Below are positions 42,414 through 45,060 of a DNA stretch of 45,060 bases, in pieces. A program made the position numbers and the translations under genes. How positions within the stretch are numbered: the stretch's first letter is position 1; each line of letters starts with the position of its first letter. The notes below the pieces were generated by a model. That model did no database searches. It was given only the letters and a program-made list of their open reading frames with translations, and had not been told where the DNA came from. Origin of the DNA: Fidelibacterota bacterium (GTDB lineage Bacteria; Fidelibacterota; Marinisomatia; Marinisomatales; J089); the NCBI GenBank assembly GCA_003695105.1, contig RFIZ01000017.1, positions 1 through 45,060 on the forward strand. The letters are read 5' to 3'.

Positions 42414-43741
42414 GGCTGCCGTTCTCCCAGCAGGCGCCGGATTTCTTGTTCCATGGCCGACAGGGTGGAATCCACGTCTGCATTCCGACGGATGGTTTCA
42501 TTCAGGGCTTCTGACAGGACATCAGAAATCCGGGTGTAATTGACATGGGCGGGGCGATGAATCCCCTGGCGTAACAGTTGTTTGAGAAAGGCAATCCGGT
42601 CCGGATGAGAGAGACCGGCCTCCGGTTCGTACAATTCCGTCCGGACCGGTAAATAGTGGCCCGCTTCATAGAGAATCTGCTGAGAGTTCAGGGACAGCAG
42701 GTAACGAATGAAGGTAATGGCTTCCTCCTTGTGTTCGGAGAACCGGGAAACCATCAGGTTCCAGCCACCAAACACCGACGCCGGAGCCTCTCCGGCAAAG
42801 TGAGGCAGGGGCGCCAGACCCAGCCGGTTTACCTTACGGGCGGCGGAACCCAGGTAAGAAGTGTCCTGGGTCATACTGGGCCAACCCCGGATCAGGGGAA
42901 GATCGTGTTGCAATCCATAGAGATAACTCTCATTTTCATTAAAATGGGTCACTTCTTCCGGCACGGCGTGGTAGCGATGAACCAGATCCACCAGTAACTG
43001 ACAGGCGGCTTCCGCTCTGGGATCGGTGAGACGAAAGGCCCGGGAGGTGATGAGGTCTCCGCCGGCGGCTCCCATGACTTCCAGATAGTTACAGATCAAC
43101 CCTTCATAACCCGCCGCCTGCAGGGATAGCACCGGTTGTCCGGGATAGTATTTTCGCTGAAAATCAAGTAACTCCTGCCAGGTCAGGGACCGTTGAATTT
43201 TGCGCTCCCATTCGGCCCCGTCAGGCAGGGCTGAAATCAAATCCTTCCGATAGAACAGTACCCCGATATCGAGGTAGAGCGGGAGAGCCACCAGATCGCC
43301 TTCGTAGTAGCACGTTTCCAGGCCGTACCCTACCACGTTCCGTAATGTATCCGGAGGGAAATAAGGTTCCAGGCGTTCCCCCCAGCGGGCAAAGCGGGAC
43401 ACCCAGATCTGATCGACTGCAAAGACATCAATCTGGCTGTTTCCACTCCGGAGAGAGCGGGCCAGCAACTCCTTCCGTTCATTGGTGGTGAACCGGGTAA
43501 ACGGGAGATCGATCGGGACCACTTCGATCCGGCCGGCGTAGTCCCGGTTGAACCGGTCGATGATTTCCTGATGAGCGGGGGAAATATTGTCGGCGTAATA
43601 GATCCGCACCTGGCGGCGGTCCGATCGCAGGGCGGTCAAACGCTGGGGCAGGAGATTGATGCCAAAGATGATGACGATCGTCACGCCGATGACGGCAATA
43701 ATCCACAGGATCGCCGACCGGGACAGGGCTTGTCTGCTCAT
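42410..43741 (-). CDS. Membrane-anchored extracellular solute-binding protein (family 1 sugar-binding type) with no cognate ABC permease/ATPase; probable co-sensor
   Basis: 443 aa. N-terminal TM anchor AILWIIAVIGVTIVIIFGINLL, then VRIYYADNISPAHQEIIDRFNRDY...IDVFAVDQIWVSRFARWG, typical of sugar SBPs. It is the first gene of the SBP-HK-RR operon. Confidence 0.75.
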   Translation of the reverse strand: MSRQALSRSAILWIIAVIGVTIVIIFGINLLPQRLTALRSDRRQVRIYYADNISPAHQEIIDRFNRDYAGRIEVVPIDLPFTRFTTNERKELLARSLRSGNSQIDVFAVDQIWVSRFARWGERLEPYFPPDTLRNVVGYGLETCYYEGDLVALPLYLDIGVLFYRKDLISALPDGAEWERKIQRSLTWQELLDFQRKYYPGQPVLSLQAAGYEGLICNYLEVMGAAGGDLITSRAFRLTDPRAEAACQLLVDLVHRYHAVPEEVTHFNENESYLYGLQHDLPLIRGWPSMTQDTSYLGSAARKVNRLGLAPLPHFAGEAPASVFGGWNLMVSRFSEHKEEAITFIRYLLSLNSQQILYEAGHYLPVRTELYEPEAGLSHPDRIAFLKQLLRQGIHRPAHVNYTRISDVLSEALNETIRRNADVDSTLSAMEQEIRRLLGERQP

Positions 43742-43751
43742 GAACGGTCTT

Positions 43752-43766
43752 TTATCAATTTGATAA
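43752..43766. promoter_or_regulatory. Candidate upstream activator site: palindrome TTATCA-ATT-TGATAA
   Basis: Perfect 6+6 palindrome about 105 nt upstream of the -24 GG of the 43862-43877 promoter. It lies only 11 nt upstream of the divergent SBP ATG. Confidence 0.6.
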
Positions 43767-43861
43767 TCTTCCTCTCATTCCACGGGATAATTTAGGAGAC
43801 AAAGGCCATATCGGGTTATGAATTCTCGTCGTAGTAAGCCTGGCGGGGACCCGGCTCTGGT

Positions 43862-43877
43862 TTGGCATAGTCCTTGC
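43862..43877 (+). promoter_or_regulatory. Sigma-54 (-24/-12) promoter for the GH3 gene
   Basis: TGGCATAGTCCTTGCC, i.e. TGGCAT-N5-TTGC, a near-perfect consensus with exact spacing. The -12 GC is 55 nt upstream of the ATG at 43931. Confidence 0.8.
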
Positions 43878-43930
43878 CCCGGTCTGTTTTTGAAATCTCT
43901 CAATTGCAGTGTGAAAGAAAGGCGCTTTTT

Positions 43931-45060
43931 ATGATTCACCGAACGCTTGTGTGGAGCCTGTCACTGGCCTGTCTGTTCAATGGCTGCCAGGAACCCGATC
44001 ATTCTCTGGGATCGAATCCGGACATCGAACATAAAGTTCAGTCCCTCTTGTCCCGCATGACGCTGGCGGAAAAGATCGGGCAAATGACCCAGGTGAACAA
44101 AGATTACCTCCAGGATATTTCCGACATCAAAACGTATGCGCTGGGATCGATCCTCAGCGGGGGCGGAGCCGTACCCGCCGTAAACGACCCGGAACACTGG
44201 GCCGACATGGTGGACAGTTTTCAGGAACAGGCCCTGGCCACCCGGCTGCAGATACCCCTCATCTATGGCATCGACGCCGTCCACGGGCACAACAACGTGG
44301 TGGGAGCAACCATCTTTCCCCATAACATCGGTCTGGGCTGTGCCAACGATCCCGATTTAGTGCGACAGGTCGCCCGGGCCACGGCCGAAGAAGTGGCAGC
44401 CACGGGAATCCACTGGACATTCAGTCCCTGCATTGCCGTTCCCCGGGATGAACGCTGGGGTCGTCACTACGAAGGGTTTTCCGAATCGCCGGAGCGGGTA
44501 AAAGCACTGGGAGCCGCCGCCGTGGAAGGCTACCAGGGTCCTTCCCTGGAGGAAGCCACCTCCATCCTGGCGTGCGCCAAGCATTACGTGGGTGACGGCG
44601 GCGTGGTCTGGGGAACCGGACTCAACGGCAAGATCGACCGGGGCGATACCCGTCTGGACGAAAACGGGATTCGCCGACTGCATCTGCCGGGATATGTGTC
44701 CGCCATCCAGTCCGGTGTCGGGTCGATCATGGCTTCCTACAATTCCATCCAGGGCCAGAAAATGCATGGCAACCGGCATTACCTCACAGACATCCTGAAA
44801 GGGGAACTGGGTTTTGAGGGTTTTGTGGTATCCGATTGGGCGGGAATCGACGAAATCCCGGGTGATTACCGGAGCGATATCAAGACCGCCATCAATGCCG
44901 GGATCGACATGGTGATGGTGCCCGAACATTATCAGGAATTCATCCAGAACCTCACCGATCTGGTCCAGACGGGAGAAGTCCCCCTGGAACGCATCGATGA
45001 CGCCGTCACCCGTATTCTCCGGATCAAATATCTGCTGGGTCTGTTCGACCATCCTTACAC
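43931..45060 (+). CDS. Glycoside hydrolase family 3 beta-glucosidase / exo-beta-glucanase lipoprotein (3' end truncated by the window edge)
   Basis: Not in the ORF track (no stop in the window). My translation gives MIHRTLVWSLSLACLFNGC (lipobox) ...MTLAEKIGQMTQV...GSILSGGG...YGIDAVHGHNNV...TIFPHNIGLG...KHYVGDGG...GFEGFVVSDWAG (nucleophile Asp). The minus-strand ORFs 43961-44323 and 44357-45052 are antisense artefacts. Confidence 0.9.
   Translation, partial: MIHRTLVWSLSLACLFNGCQEPDHSLGSNPDIEHKVQSLLSRMTLAEKIGQMTQVNKDYLQDISDIKTYALGSILSGGGAVPAVNDPEHWADMVDSFQEQALATRLQIPLIYGIDAVHGHNNVVGATIFPHNIGLGCANDPDLVRQVARATAEEVAATGIHWTFSPCIAVPRDERWGRHYEGFSESPERVKALGAAAVEGYQGPSLEEATSILACAKHYVGDGGVVWGTGLNGKIDRGDTRLDENGIRRLHLPGYVSAIQSGVGSIMASYNSIQGQKMHGNRHYLTDILKGELGFEGFVVSDWAGIDEIPGDYRSDIKTAINAGIDMVMVPEHYQEFIQNLTDLVQTGEVPLERIDDAVTRILRIKYLLGLFDHPY

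Noticed and set aside
43961-45052. Minus-strand ORFs 43961-44323 (120 aa) and 44357-45052 (231 aa).
   Set aside because: Both are antisense to an unmistakable plus-strand GH3 beta-glucosidase reading frame (GQMTQV, KHYVGDGG, GFVVSDW). That frame is missing from the track only because it has no stop in the window.
1-45060. CRISPR arrays, tandem repeats, IS elements, toxin-antitoxin or other defence-type gene pairs.
   Set aside because: Scanning by eye, I saw no regularly spaced direct repeats, no transposase or integrase-like ORFs and no small paired ORFs of the TA type. This is a visual scan only, not a computed repeat search.

Overview
This 45-kb window looks like a chromosomal segment from a non-Bacteroidetes member of the FCB (Fibrobacteres-Chlorobi-Bacteroidetes) superphylum. 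I base that on six proteins carrying type IX secretion (T9SS) C-terminal sorting domains, clear Shine-Dalgarno sites, sigma-54 regulation and the absence of any SusD gene. GC content looks mid-to-high 50s % by eye but was not computed. I saw no rRNA, CRISPR array, transposase or integrase.

Left part (1-7.4 kb, minus strand): a tight housekeeping string of a K+ channel, a cNMP-binding protein, valS, a DUF4139-like gene and recG. recG runs off the left edge and is missing from the ORF track.

7.6-14 kb (plus strand): a T9SS attachment-type operon. It encodes a PorU-like C25 peptidase, a PorV/PorQ-like barrel and an FN3-like lipoprotein, all joined by ATGA overlaps.

14-21 kb: small genes (metallophosphoesterase, YhhN, tRNA-Lys(CUU), DUF1801, cupin) and one 1447-aa fused double-ATPase activase / dehydratase-like protein.

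21.3-39.3 kb (minus strand), the main item: a nine-gene, nearly gapless operon. In order it encodes an SGLT-type symporter, a multi-CBM surface protein, a TonB-dependent transporter, a 1153-aa Ca-binding-repeat protein, a second PorV-like barrel, GH9, a SurA-like lipoprotein, GH16 and GH5. A textbook sigma-54 -24/-12 promoter precedes it.

39.5-43.7 kb: the adjacent regulatory operon encodes a membrane-anchored solute-binding protein, a histidine kinase and a sigma-54 enhancer-binding response regulator. A second sigma-54 promoter drives a divergent GH3 beta-glucosidase gene at the right edge. Both promoters have the same 15-bp palindrome, TTATCA-N3-TGATAA, about 105-110 bp upstream.

My best candidate for a new system is this sigma-54-controlled, SusD-less, T9SS-coupled beta-glucan utilisation locus with its own PorV paralogue. 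All family assignments come from motifs read by eye. No database search was possible.
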